Below the pieces are notes generated by a model, which saw nothing but the letters and a program-made list of their open reading frames with translations, ran no database searches and had not been told where the DNA came from. DNA of 63,662 nt, filler included, from Asterionella formosa (lineage: Eukaryota), in the NCBI GenBank assembly GCA_002256025.1. It is 11 parts of 11 records of this genome, joined end to end, with 100 filler letters (N's around TTAATTAATTAA, not from the genome) between each part and the next. Parts side by side here need not be neighbours in the genome. Positions count along the whole stretch, not along the records: positions 24,749 to 49,358 come from NKIB01002199.1; positions 49,459 to 50,949 come from NKIB01002213.1; 9 more parts are not named here. One strand, given 5' to 3'. Positions 38,312 to 51,049 of this stretch are shown here, piece after piece. Numbering within the stretch: position 1 is the first letter of the stretch; each line of letters starts with the position of its first letter. The translations under genes were made by a program, and so were the position numbers.

Positions 38312-39887
38312 TTTGATAACTCGTCAATGCTAGCAAAAATGGAATAAAGCAAGGACGACGCTGATGAGATCTTGCTGCGCGCAGGTTTGAGCACGCAACC
38401 CTGAAACACACCACCAATATGTACTGCTGCAGGCGTGATTTGGCTACCAGGTACAAATGCGCGACCAAACCACGCACAGTTTTGTTCCTCCTCGGGCCTT
38501 TACTAACAGGAGTACCCTGGTACCTACCGTGCATAACGGTACATGCTCAATTAAAGGTCGAGCTCTGTCTTTTTTGGAGAGCTTTATGCTGGCCAGCAAT
38601 GCAAAGAACCCCTACTGCACTACCAGTAATATTACGTTTTTACAATATTCAATAAAAAGCAACTGATTGTCAACTCTTGCAGATTGTTGTCATGCATGTA
38701 ATACATCTACTCCTTCCCTGTTGCAGATAGTGTGGAAGATGTCAGAACCTACTACAGGAGAATGTCTTAGTAGTGGCATGCATGCCTCCTCCTAGGCATT
38801 TGGTTTGATTTTCCTGTATTCTCCACCTTCCTTGTGTATGAACTATACTATACATAGCGTTCCTATGATGTGGCTGATAATACCAAGTCAGGTCACAAAT
38901 TTCCCAAAAAGTCTTGGAATTGGAAAGTACAAGGGAAACAATCCATGGTATCAACAATTGCATCCAACAAGGCCCGCACAAGAAGTGAAATATGAGGACA
39001 GCTTTAATGCATGATATAAGGTCGCTTTTATTGTCAAAATGTACTTAAATCAATGACATACTACATAGTCTGATGTATAGTAGTGACCATGGAAATCACC
39101 TGAATTGTACAATCACTGTAACAACTAGCTACAGGAACAAAACAATACACATGCATACATCATTCAACTGTTTCATGAAGCCCTTTATTTGGCAGCAGCA
39201 AAGGATCAGCCAGGCAGCATCACAAATCACTCCTACTCTAATTAAAACGCTCCTGGTCTCAAAAGGCCTTTTGAAATACCAAAATAATGTAAGAAATATA
39301 GCAGATCAGTGTGAGTTATCCCTCGCATTGCTGATATGCATAATAATCTAACCTTAAAAGTGTCTATTGCGGATCTCAATGTTGAATCATTCCACCTTCT
39401 TCTGTGGCAGATAAAAATTTGTGAGTTGATGAAAGCGAACATTTTGACGAAGGATGTTTTAATAAGGCAGCGGAAACCTGGAAAGGGACGCTTTAAGCAT
39501 CCCCATGTTTTGAAAAATAATTTTCCTTGTGCTGAATGTGGCTTTGATTAACTGTGATGGTCAAAATTCCTGGCGCAGTCATGATTTACAAATCGTACCA
39601 TAACAAGAACGTGCAATGAACACAGGTAAATCTGCCAGAGTCTTGCTAACAGTTTCGTCTGGACCATTTTCTGATGCTGCAAGTATGACTTTTGAACAGA
39701 TACAACCAAGACGCCGTTTACAGCACTATTTCGAATTTATGTCTTAAGTGGCTGACATAGCTATTTATGCTACTTTTCTACAATATTATGTTACTTTTTC
39801 AGAAAAGTAAGAAAGGGAAAAGCCAATGGTTACTATTACTAGCCCCTGAATGAAATATTAGTATACTATTGAAATAATTACACATCT

Positions 39888-39959
39888 GGAAGGGAATGCA
39901 GTGGTTAAGCACGTTGCCTTTGATCTGAGGTTGTGAGGTTCGATTCACGAAGTTTTTTT
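39888..39959 (+). other. Degenerate tRNA-like sequence (A and B boxes followed by T7)
   Basis: ATGCAGTGGTTAAGCAC ... GTGAGGTTCGATTCAC then TTTTTTT. Acceptor and anticodon stems do not pair well. Confidence 0.4.
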
Positions 39960-42744
39960 GAGAAGCAATTGTTGAGGTCGACTCCCACAATCCTTACCGT
40001 GCCGCACGGTCTTGCCTTTTTTGTGTGCAAGAAATAGTGGGTTGTCCCCCTACAAGCAGCTTGTGCCGCCTTCCTACTACTAGGCGGTCGGAGTTTCTCC
40101 TAACGCTGCGGCTAAGACAATCACCTTTCGCGAAAAGTTGTTGGGGAATCACCTACGCTAACAAAACCAGGGAAGCACAGGTCTTGTCTGCAGGAAGCAC
40201 AATGAAATACTTGCCTTGAAAGACGAGGGGAGTACAAATGGGCTATAAAACATACTAACATTTAATTACGCACCTGGAATTTGCATTGAAAAATGAGATC
40301 AACTGGATTGAGGTGGAAAAGTTCATTAGTCATTATGACTAAATTTGTTTTGTCCTTTATTCGCCAATTTCTATGCAATTCATGCATTCCTTCGCATATG
40401 ATGAAGTAGAGGATACTGAGTGGTACTCACAATATATTGAGTTGATGCTGCCATGACGACATTTGAATGATGTATGAACATAGAAACTTCTATATTTTGC
40501 ATCATGAAATAATGCAATCAACCAGTGATATTGACAAAGCTTTTGTCCTTCCTTCTTTTCTTAACCAATTTCTGTGCAATTCATACATTCCTTCACCCAA
40601 AGCACTACTATATAAGTATTGATTTGATAGTGCCATGACAAAATGTGAAGGATATATGTACAAAATAACACTTCGATATATTTTGCATCGAAAAATACAG
40701 TCCAATAATGAGTAGTAGTCGCTATTAAGGCCGAAAATGTTTTATCAACAAAGTTAATTTTATATTTACACTGAAAATTTCTTTAAGCCGATAGACGAGG
40801 TATTCATTTGGGTGCATCGACACCTTCTATATTGTTACTTTTCGTGACATTTAGTTGCTTGTAACAAATGAATTATCCTTTAATATAATTATTTTTGAAA
40901 CTTTTAAAGGAAATTTGTCTAAAAAAATCAAATATTTCTATCTCGAACTCAATGTATGAATGTGAAATAGTATGGCATGAAATCTGGGAAGAGTAGTTTC
41001 GGTAATCTTGTTTACTCCTGGTTTAGTGCATATTATTTACTGTAAAATTTTGATCATTCATGCCTAAAAGCAGACATCGAATTTACTGTTAAATTTCCGT
41101 AAATGAAGATGAGTATCGCATATGAATTATCCACTTAAGTAGGATGTTGGTTGAAGTTTGAAAGGAATTATTTGAAACATCAAGTAATTCAATTTTTGTT
41201 CATAAAAAATTCACATGATCCCGTTAAGTTTAACCTCATTTTCAGGGAAGAGGCATAACTTCATGGGAATGATTCAGATCGCTAGCTATGTAGACAAAAT
41301 TTTGAAAAGTGGCGTGTTTTGCGGCTTAGATGTACCGGGCCTTCCAAAAACACACACTTGGGACGGCAGTGTATAAATGTTAATGATGACCTGATTTCAT
41401 GCATTCTTTTTCATACTGATGTGGAATATGTATATAGTAGTATCAATGCATAGTTCTCGAATTGTCAACTATATTTTTAGTGGATTAAAGCGATCCAATA
41501 ATCGCACTTATTGTGCATGGTAGCTTCGTTCTTGGGTTGCTGGTTCTCTACGACTGTTATTCTCGTGTCAGCCGTAGAATTGGATTGTAACAGCAGTCAA
41601 ACATATAATGATCATTTTTATAGCGCATTCTTACTATTTTATTTTTAGAGTTGCCGAAGTCTTTTCGCTCCATGGCCCGCATAAAGTGGGGCAGTGGAAA
41701 GTTTTTGGTTGGTTGTCACTTGCTCCTTCCTTAGTACTTGGAAGCGATTTGGTAGCTTTGTTCTTGGGTCGATTTTCTATGACTGTACTTCTCATCTAAG
41801 GGGGGGGGAGGAGTAAATGTATTGTGAGTGTGTATTGGTCCTTTTTGGCCCCACCACTTGTAGTCCTTTTTGGAGTATCCATAACTTATTATGATTCCAG
41901 GGCTTTGAACTCTTTGCTTTTGTCTTTGTCATCATTGTCTTTGTAATCACAAAAAATTGCTGTGACGAGTGCATCTAGCTGTGGCTCATCTTCTTCATCA
42001 AAAATGACTTTTTTGTTTCTCTGTCTTCTTCACTCTTTGTCAGTGTCTAGCACATCGCCATTCTTGTACTGTAATAGCGCTCACTTTCTTGAAATAGGAG
42101 GCAAACTCTTGCTTTTTCTTTTCTTTTCTCTTGTTTTCTCTGTGTCATTCTACTTCTGTTCTGTTGTGTTGATAACTTTTCCATGTTTCCCATTTTAGTG
42201 TTTGTGTCAAACATCAAATTGACATCAATGCAATCATCACCATTGTTCATTGCTGCTGCATTATACTTTGTCGGCTTTTCCAACTCCTCCTCCCTTTTCT
42301 GCATTCTTTTTCCATCAGATTTCATTAATATCTCATTTGTCTGTCCAAATTTTTTTCTTTCTCTGCTTGGTTGGTTGCTGGGGTATCACCTTTTGTCATG
42401 GTGAATTGGTCGCTTTAGGGGTATTGGGATTCAGAGATTACTTGGTACCAAGTTTTTTTAAACAGACACTCATCACACCCATAAGAGTCAAACCAGGGAC
42501 ACTCATCATGCCCAAAAGAGTTCTCAAAGCAGGGGACACTCATTCTCATTCTCCTTCCTTGTTCTCCACACTCTCTTATTTCAACAACTGGCCTTACAAT
42601 ACATCTAAATTAAATAAATTACCAGTATATCCGTGACAATCCAGTATCTGGTACATATACAATTTTATATGTAATGAAAATCTATGTGTTTCTGAAATGC
42701 ATTTTATTTTGTTGATATAATGTGCCAGAAATACAAGTAGCAAT

Positions 42745-42914
42745 TGAAACTTTGCTGGGGCGGAAGCTTTCTTTTTATCCTGTATTAAATTGTCTATTTA
42801 AGCAAAAAGACCGCAACTTGCTGCAAGTTGCGGTCATTTTCCTTTTTAAAAAACTTAATAAAGGATAAAGATAGCTAAACTTTTAGTTTCAGCATAAATA
42901 CTGCAACTTGCAGG
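42745..42914. repeat. Foldback / MITE-like inverted repeat with perfect 27-bp core palindrome; one arm recurs at 8044-8129
   Basis: GACCGCAACTTGC-T-GCAAGTTGCGGTC at 42809-42835 with imperfect extended arms. Arm sequence GATAAAGATA..TTAGTTTCAGCA..GCAACTTGCAGG is shared with 8044-8129. Confidence 0.7.
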
Positions 42915-43297
42915 TACCGAAAGAGTGACGTAATGTTGCACTGACCTCGACGAGCCGGCGAAGAATACGACACACCAGGTCCCTCGAACTACGGTAATCT
43001 GCGGCGGAGTTAGTACCTGGTACCCCCTGGTACCGGGATATGAAATAGAATCATGATGCATGTTGACAACAGCAAGACATGACGTTTGCTCCTGATTAGC
43101 CATTACATACACGTCGTAGACGAGACTAACTGGTATGGTACCTGGTACCTGGTACCATGAACTGCAATGACACAGTATGGAATCAAAGCGTGAACCCTTC
43201 TGCTCCGCTTACTATTCTCGACCGCTTGCTTCATCACAAGTCATTCTCTTCCTAGCATTTAGCAGTGTAGTCTCTGTAGAAGCAGCATTCACATGAC

Positions 43298-43846
43298 ATG
43301 TCGGTAACAATACACACAAGTTTGGGCGACTTGAAATTCGAGATCCTCTGCGATACAGCGCCGCGAACATCATTCAACTTTTTGGCTCTTGCTGCCTCTG
43401 GATATTACGAAGGGTCCAATTTTCATCGCAACATGAGGGGATTCATGATTCAAGGTGGAGATCCTGAAGGAACTGGAAAGGGAGGGGAAAGTATTTGGGG
43501 AGGCATTTTTGATGATGAGTTTCATCCGGACAATCGTCACGACAAGCGCGGTTGCCTCAGTATGGCAAACAAGGGCCCGGGGACAAACCGATCTCAGTTC
43601 TTCATCACTTACGAGCAGCAGCCGCATTTGAACAACGTATTCACCGTGTTTGGGAGAATGCTGGATGGTTGGGAGGTTCTTGATCAGATGGAGCGATTGG
43701 TTGTCATGGGTGGAGCAAAGAAGTCTCAAGCATATAGACCAATAGATCCACCGGCAATTTTTGCTATTACCATACATGCCAATCCACTGGCAGATGAAGG
43801 TATAGTGTATCCTAGCAAGACTGGTCCCCCTGAAAAACGATTATAG
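43298..43846 (+). CDS. PPIL3: Cyclophilin-type peptidyl-prolyl isomerase, PPIL3-like
   Basis: MSVTIHTSLGDLKFEI, FHRNMRGFMIQGGDP, GGESIWG, SMANKGPGTNRSQFFITY, HLNNVFTVFG. Confidence 0.92.
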   Translation: MSVTIHTSLGDLKFEILCDTAPRTSFNFLALAASGYYEGSNFHRNMRGFMIQGGDPEGTGKGGESIWGGIFDDEFHPDNRHDKRGCLSMANKGPGTNRSQFFITYEQQPHLNNVFTVFGRMLDGWEVLDQMERLVVMGGAKKSQAYRPIDPPAIFAITIHANPLADEGIVYPSKTGPPEKRL

Positions 43847-44978
43847 ATGGTAGCGTTATCAATTCCAGGACAAAAAAGCCGTGCTTAGTCCATGTCGCTG
43901 TCATGAGTTGCTGTTCTGCCCCTATTTTTTTCACCCACCAATGATGGAATCTTTACCGACCTATGCACATGCTAGTGAACGAGTAAACCGGTACCTAGTT
44001 AGATTTAAATTGACTCAAGACAAAATGCAATACATTTGTTCCACCACGGCTAGTCCTCGTTCTCGCACCGGACAACTGTATGTAGAGTATATCAACCCTT
44101 CAGGTTCCCTCATCATTCGCTTCGTTTACATTTGATGTATCGGAGGCGATCACAAGTTGAAAGTAACCCCATTTTCCTGCCGACAAGCAAAGTCATTATA
44201 GGGCGGGGCGGCGAAGATGAGAATCGTACACACTGGTAGTTATATGTAAAGGCAGCTATCCTCTAGCTTGAAAAATAATCATGGCGACTCCGTCGCCTTA
44301 TAAAACCCACTGGTGATGGTGTAAAAGGTAAAACCAAGCACTAGAATCAGGATGCAATGAAGCGACCTGCATGCAGAGCCGTTGAGGGCAATCATCCCCC
44401 GAAAATTCATTCAATCGTGCTACATGTACTAACTAGCCAATCACGTTCCAAAACGCGGGCCACGCGCACAAAGCTCATATTGTTTCTGCCAAGAATTTAT
44501 TTATGGCTTCGCTTGCTTTCACGAAAATGCGGCCAGCAAGCCGACGATGAGACTGCCAGGTACTGGTCCCGTATGTCATAGTACATGAAAGATGATATCC
44601 CGGTNNNNNNNNNNNNNNNNNNNNNNNNNNNNNNNNNNNNNNNNNNNNNNNNNNNNNNNNNNNNNNNNNNNNNNNNNNNNNNNNNNNNNNNNNNNNNNNN
44701 NNNNNNNNNNNNNNNNNNNNNNNNNNNNNNNNNNNNNNNNNNNNNNNNNNNNNNNNNNNNNNNNNNNNNNNNNNNNNNNNNNNNNNNNNNNNNNNNNNNN
44801 NNNNNNNNNNNNNNNNNNNNNNNNNNNNNNNNNNNNNNNNNNNACAGCAAAATCGGAAATGACAAACTGTATCAAATCATTTCATTTTCCAAATACATAA
44901 CGACTAGGAACGAAGGTCGACTACAGTCGTTTGTGACAACGCTTACTGCTTTTTAACAGAATCAATTCGTCTCTCAAG

Positions 44979-46910
44979 ATGACCTCTCGCGTAGCAGTCG
45001 ACCATGATGAAGCTATGGCAACGGCCGACAAGGAAATGGAAGAACGCGCCAATCGAGCCCGTCAACTCCTCAGTGATCGCTATCGTGGCCTTCGCAACGA
45101 CCAAGTAAGTACTTGCTGTCATGAAAGCTTTGTGCGTTCCTTGACATTTTCGACGCTAAGTCATCGCTCGTGAAAAATAACAGGAAGCGAAGCATGATCG
45201 GAAGATGCAATTGGAACGTAGAATGATTGGCCTCGCAGAAGAAAAGAAGCAAACGCTGCGCAATGTTTTGGAACAGGAGGAAGTCTCCATTCAGAAGGAA
45301 TCTCGCAAGACCATTTCCACTGCGGACTTTGAATCCCTTGCTGTAATTGGGCGCGGGGCATTTGGAGAAGTTCGTCTTGCGAGGCGTAAGACTAAGGACA
45401 AGTCTGACCCGGCCAATGGCCAAATCTATGCGCTCAAAAGCATGAAAAAGGAAATGATGGTGGTCAAGAATCAAGTTGGGCACGTCAAGGCGGAACGAGA
45501 TGCGCTGGCCAAGGCTGATTCGAATAATCGATGGCTAACTTCCTTGTACTATTCGTTTACGGATGAAACGCATTTGTATATGGTAATGGAGTTCTTGCCA
45601 GGAGGAGATTTGATGTCACTTTTGATGAAGGAAGACACTTTTTCAGAACCTGTCACTCGCTTTTTCATGGCTGAAGCAGCTCACGCTATTTCCAGTGTTC
45701 ATGCCTTGGGATATATTCATCGTGATATCAAACCAGGTAAGTATTTGTTCGATTCTTAATGAGGCATTCGTGCACTGCACTCATGCTTTTATTGCAGATA
45801 ACATGTTGCTGGACGCTAGAGGGCACTTGAAATTGACTGACCTTGGTCTTTGTAAGAAGGTTGGTGAAGTTAGTCCTAGCGATCACCCTGAAGCGATTTT
45901 GGAAATGATGCGGCAAGAGTCGCAAGTGGGGTCGCATGTGTCCTCTGGCCACTACAACACAGCACATCAAGTTGGATCTTCTGGAATGCACCGTGCTCAT
46001 GGTGATCCAAACGCCATGTCGATTGACGATCCACATGCGGTTGGAGTTGTTCATGAAAAGCCACAGAATCTGGCTACTGGAAAGGTGAAACGTGAGGTAT
46101 GTCATTGCATTTTGAATTGGGTTCGTGTTGAATATGTGGACCTAGCGCTCACAAATAGCTTGTCATATCATAGATGGCATATTCTACGGTTGGAACCCCT
46201 GATTATATTGCTCCTGAAGTCCTGGCGGCGCAGAATGGTGCATCGGGTTACTCCTATACGGTTGCTGTCGATTGGTGGTCATTGGGAGTCATCATGTATG
46301 AATGCTTAGTTGGTTACACCCCCTTTTACGCAGACGATCCAGTAACGACGTGCCGCAAGATTCTTAGGTGGCGTCAATGTCTGGAAATTCCATCCGAAAT
46401 AAAATCACAGCTCTCGCGTGAGTGCATAGACTTTTTGTCGTGCTTATTAGCTGGTCCAGAGAATAGAATCGGGAGTGCTGCAAATGGCCAGGAAATACAG
46501 AATGGGTTTAAGCAAGTTGTTGCTCATCCTTGGTTCAAGGGCTTTGACTGGGATGGCCTAACCGAGAATGACGGACCGTTGATTCCAGCTGGTGGACGCG
46601 AATTCCCGGAACTTCTGCAGTATTTAAAGTGCGTGTACTTTGGTTAAATTGCAGTAATATTTATTCTTCTGTGCAGCTGACCCGCCTCATTCATTGTCAT
46701 TGCAGAACGTGTCCAACGAGCGACCCTCGCTTCAAGCAGTTGGTCGAACGTGTCACACAAAACTTTGACACTTTTGAAGATTTTGGAACGAACTTATCTC
46801 AAAAGAAAAATAGAGTCAATGTCACCCATTTGGATCAGTTCTATGATTACACTTATCGTCGCACTCGCAAGCCAAAGATTCCGCTTCCAGAACCCTTTGA
46901 TATGAAGTGA
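44979..46910 (+). CDS. NDR/LATS-family AGC kinase; introns 45105-45183, 45737-45797, 46097-46173, 46629-46705
   Basis: [36 protein letters not shown], a long insert before [17 protein letters not shown]-terminal FYDYTY motif. All introns are GT-AG and keep the frame. Confidence 0.94.
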
Positions 46911-47127
46911 GCGGGTATGATTTCATCCGAAGGATTGGGCAGGAATATGTCCACCAGAAGTGCGCTAAATTCCACAATACATTCGTTCTAGACAAGTAAA
47001 TGTACTAACCAATATCATAGATTAGAAATGTATGCTTGTTGGACTAGACAACTGAATATAATAACTAACCTCATTGAATAGAAATGCATGCTTTTTGGAT
47101 GCCAAGCAATGAGATCCAGATTTATAT

Positions 47128-48810
47128 TTAGTCTTTGTATTTCTGGTCAGCATATGTTGCTATCACTTTCCATGGCGATGGTCGCCCCTGGATGAACGAA
47201 AATCTTGCATGCATATCCTCAATGTACGCTGAATGCTCTCTACTCACATCCTCCAGAGACAAGCAGACACCATAAAACGGGTCGAACAAAACTTGACTCA
47301 AGACAATTTCGGATTCGAATGATCCCAATGATTGAAACGGTCCATTCGACATCACTTTCCAAACGAGGCTCTCCTTATTATGGCAAAAGAGTTCAAAGAC
47401 TTTCCCATTGACCGTGACCATTATCCTTTCCCTGTTTTCCGTACATTCTCTTATGTCAGTGCGGGTCATGCAGGGCATGTCGTCATTGGTTTTACCTAAA
47501 GAAAGGAATTGATGCGGCTTCGGGCGAGCTTGCTTTTCGTGTCTTCGCAGGAACTCGATGTGTTCCCTCTGGACCCCGTGGTATTCGCAACCAGTTCTTA
47601 TGACGTCTAGATAGCGCTCTGTTGGATACTTGTCAAATTTTGGGCTCCGCTCGGTACCAGCAGGCCTAGAATAACATTGGACGGCCAACTCCGTTCCGTC
47701 ATAGGTTATGGCTGTACCAGGTACTCTAATATATCCAATTTCAAAAGAATCCAGTCGTTCCATACTGGTCTTGTCCAATAGATGCGCCACGCCATGAAAT
47801 GAATTTCCAGGCGCTGGAACGGCCTCAGCAACGCCGCTTGACCCAAAAAAATATAACCGATAGTCAATTAGCACAGCTGGTTTTGATTCCTTTGGAGTTA
47901 TGTTTCGTCCTTTGCAACTCATGGGGTGTGTCATGGAGCCAATGGCGAAGTACCACAAGAGCTCTTCCTCGTCTTCCTTGTATGATTGATCGGCATAGCT
48001 TCCAATCAGCTTCCAATTATCTATCATGTTGGTGGAGGTTATGTACCTAACAAAGACATCCTCTTGATAGGCTGAATGTTCTCGGGTACATTCGTCCAAT
48101 GAATTAACAATCCCATACTTTGGATCGTACACAATCTTGCTGAGAGAAATTTCGCCTTCAAACCCCATACTCTTGGTAAAACCAGTCATTTCATTCAAAG
48201 TCTTGCCCGTTGTGTCATCCATTACCAACTCAAAGACTTTTGAGTGAATTGTCAAGATGATCCGATCTTGGTTGTTAATAAATTCCGCAATATCCCCTCG
48301 CGTCAAGTTGGGCATACCGTCAGAAACTGTTCCATGCGTAAGAAATTCGTTTGGAGTTGGTCGCCTAACGCAATCCAATGACTTGATAGCGTCGATGTAC
48401 TCTTGCTTGACTCCATAATGCAGACATCCTGCCACGATGATTTCAACGTAACGCTCGCCCGGGGGCTTGTCAATGGCAGGCGAGCGCTCAATGTCTTGTG
48501 ATCTAGAGTACACTTGCACTTGAACAGTAGTGCCATTGTAGAATTTGGCAGTGGCCAAGATTCGAATGTAGTCTCGTTCGATCTTGTCAAGCCGTTCCAT
48601 CGTTTCCCTGTCTACCAAGTGAGCCACGCCATGGAAGGACGCGCCTGGATCGGGCAAGGCTTCGCCAATGCCAATGGACCCGAAGAAGTAGAGGGAATGA
48701 TCCAAAAGTTCCGCGGGCCTTGATTCCTGGGGCACAACGTTTCGGGCAGCACAGCTGATGGGATTGATCATGGCGCCAATGGCAAAGTACCATAGGGTTT
48801 CACTCGACAT
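47128..48810 (-). CDS. Internally duplicated protein: 2 x (gamma-glutamylcyclotransferase-like domain + cytochrome-b5/MAPR-like domain)
   Basis: LWYFAIG, FHGVAHL, MERLDxxExxY and PxERY each occur twice. Each set is followed by TRxDI..TxxxKVFEL..SL(D/E)xxxREHSAYxED..WKxI..YADQ. Confidence 0.75.
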   Translation of the reverse strand: MSSETLWYFAIGAMINPISCAARNVVPQESRPAELLDHSLYFFGSIGIGEALPDPGASFHGVAHLVDRETMERLDKIERDYIRILATAKFYNGTTVQVQVYSRSQDIERSPAIDKPPGERYVEIIVAGCLHYGVKQEYIDAIKSLDCVRRPTPNEFLTHGTVSDGMPNLTRGDIAEFINNQDRIILTIHSKVFELVMDDTTGKTLNEMTGFTKSMGFEGEISLSKIVYDPKYGIVNSLDECTREHSAYQEDVFVRYITSTNMIDNWKLIGSYADQSYKEDEEELLWYFAIGSMTHPMSCKGRNITPKESKPAVLIDYRLYFFGSSGVAEAVPAPGNSFHGVAHLLDKTSMERLDSFEIGYIRVPGTAITYDGTELAVQCYSRPAGTERSPKFDKYPTERYLDVIRTGCEYHGVQREHIEFLRRHEKQARPKPHQFLSLGKTNDDMPCMTRTDIRECTENRERIMVTVNGKVFELFCHNKESLVWKVMSNGPFQSLGSFESEIVLSQVLFDPFYGVCLSLEDVSREHSAYIEDMHARFSFIQGRPSPWKVIATYADQKYKD

Positions 48811-49458
48811 TGTTCGTTGCGTGATGATAATTAAAGTTAGGGGAGGTTCGAATTAATCCCACTTCGATCGATGAGCAATCAGTTGGGTTTCTTGGCTCGT
48901 TGTTCTGTTGGTTGAATCTCAAGTGAAAGGCTGAATAGTTCGTCGAACAGTAAAGATCATTCCTCATTACATGCATCATGACTGCTGATCTACGGCCGTA
49001 GGTAAGAATGTTTACTTTTGTGAACATGTTATCGTTCGATGTCCTGATGTGATGAGATTCTTGGTTGTTGTCTTGAGTCAGCTGGAACCAGGAACCCTTC
49101 TACCTGGTACGAGTAAAAAACAATCTGGTATCACCTGAAGCGGTAACGGTAGCACGGTCACATACATTTGCAAACACCTATGTGTTTACTGTCATATAGC
49201 AAACATTTATTTAGGAAAGTACAAAAAATCAATATTCATGTCTGAATGATGACATTGACGCTGAAGGCAATTTCGCTGCCCACTCCAGCTATCGTCATGG
49301 CACTGAGGTACTCTAAGGAACTTTTAAGTTTTTAAGTGATTTTTATTTAGGGGCAATANNNNNNNNNNNNNNNNNNNNNNNNNNNNNNNNNNNNNNNNNN
49401 NNTTAATTAATTAANNNNNNNNNNNNNNNNNNNNNNNNNNNNNNNNNNNNNNNNNNNN

Positions 49459-50949
49459 GAGTAGCCTTGCTCATAGTGATTTTAGGAACACTTTTTGCTT
49501 TAGCCTTAGCTAGCGCACATCCTTCACATGTATACATCACACCTGTCATTTTGATACCAAGCGATTTCATAGTAGCCCGCAATGCTGCTTCCCCAATATG
49601 TCCGTATTTAGCATGAGCTTCATTAATGTCCATACTGGTCAATTTCGTTGTGATGACCTCTGCAGATAAGATATCACTCCCACCTGGGTAAATTCCACGA
49701 GTTCCTTGGAAATAGTACAAAACATCTGAATGATCACGTTTGAAATCTAGCGTCTCAGTTTTTCCCGCTTTTGTCAAAGTCATTTTGTTGTGCTTCATAC
49801 CAAGTTCGTATTTACCATCACGTACAAAAGTACCAATGCTGATAATATTTTTATGAAAGGTAGGTGTATAAAGGACATTCTTAAGCAAGAGTGTCTCATT
49901 GGTCACTTTGTTTCGCACGCAGACATCTCCGCGTTCCTTGCAAATGACTTCTTTACCATCGCCTACAACAACGCGTACATTTACTGCTTTCACATTTGTC
50001 ATATACTTATTGCACATAGTAATATGACTGGTTGCGCCTGTATCAGCTAACCAACGTTCATTTTCCTCGATTGATGCGCAAATTTTACTCTCGCTGTTTT
50101 TGATGCTTGCATGGTGTGCTTGATTGATCTCTTCATCCACAATTTCAACCGTCACTCCAATAAATGCATATTCTGTTTCTTCGCATGTAATGTAGACCTT
50201 TGTGTCTTCAACATATTCATAGTCAAAAAACGTCTTGTTGTTTGTAGTCAAGTCAATTATTTCAAAATCATCATCTGTATCAGACTTTTCATCATGGATT
50301 TCGATCGTTTCAACAATACCAACAAACATTCCAGTTTCTTTCTTTTCCTTTGTTTTCTTTTCTTCAGGACAATCCTTAGCAATGTGACCTGCATACTTGT
50401 TGCAATTGAAACATTTGACACCTTTGCCTTTCGTTTCTTTGTTTGCGCCTGCTGTATTGCTCTTGGATCGGTAGTCAGCTGCCTTGTGTCCTTGTTTTCC
50501 ACAATTCTTGCAAAGTCCCTTAAATTTACCATTTGCAAACAAAGCAATCTCGTTGGTATTTAGATCCTTGAACTTCCTTTTGTAGAATGCACGAAGTTTA
50601 GACTTCAAATCTGATAAAGTAATAGTACCCATTCCTTCAATAACAGTAATGACTTCACTGTACTCTTTAGGTAACTTGTTCATCATGTGCGCAATGACTT
50701 CAACCTCTTTCTTTTCAAATGATGTATCAATTTGACGCATTCTGTTCTTGATGTTATCGAGAGCAATGAACCATTCATCTGGGTCTGCTTTAGTACTCTC
50801 CAAAGTACAATCGTTGAATTCTCCTGTTAGCTGAATCAAATCAGTAACTTGATGAGGAGCATATCGATCTTCCAAGTACTGCCAGGCAAGAAAAGCATCT
50901 CCATCCATCAAATCATCTGTCTTGGCAGAATTCACAATCCCAAATGCAA
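49459..50949 (-). mobile_element. Ty1/copia fragment: gag (two zinc knuckles), protease, GAG-pre-integrase
   Basis: CKNCGKQGH, CFNCNKYAGHIAKDC, WLADTGATSH, HAKYGH..CEGC. The frame is open across the contig. Confidence 0.92.
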
Positions 50950-51049
50950 NNNNNNNNNNNNNNNNNNNNNNNNNNNNNNNNNNNNNNNNNNNNTTAATTA
51001 ATTAANNNNNNNNNNNNNNNNNNNNNNNNNNNNNNNNNNNNNNNNNNNN

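Noticed and set aside
40340..42640. Genes in the AT-rich region between delta-COP and PPIL3
   Set aside because: Only short low-complexity ORFs and weak degenerate repeats, with no recognisable domain.
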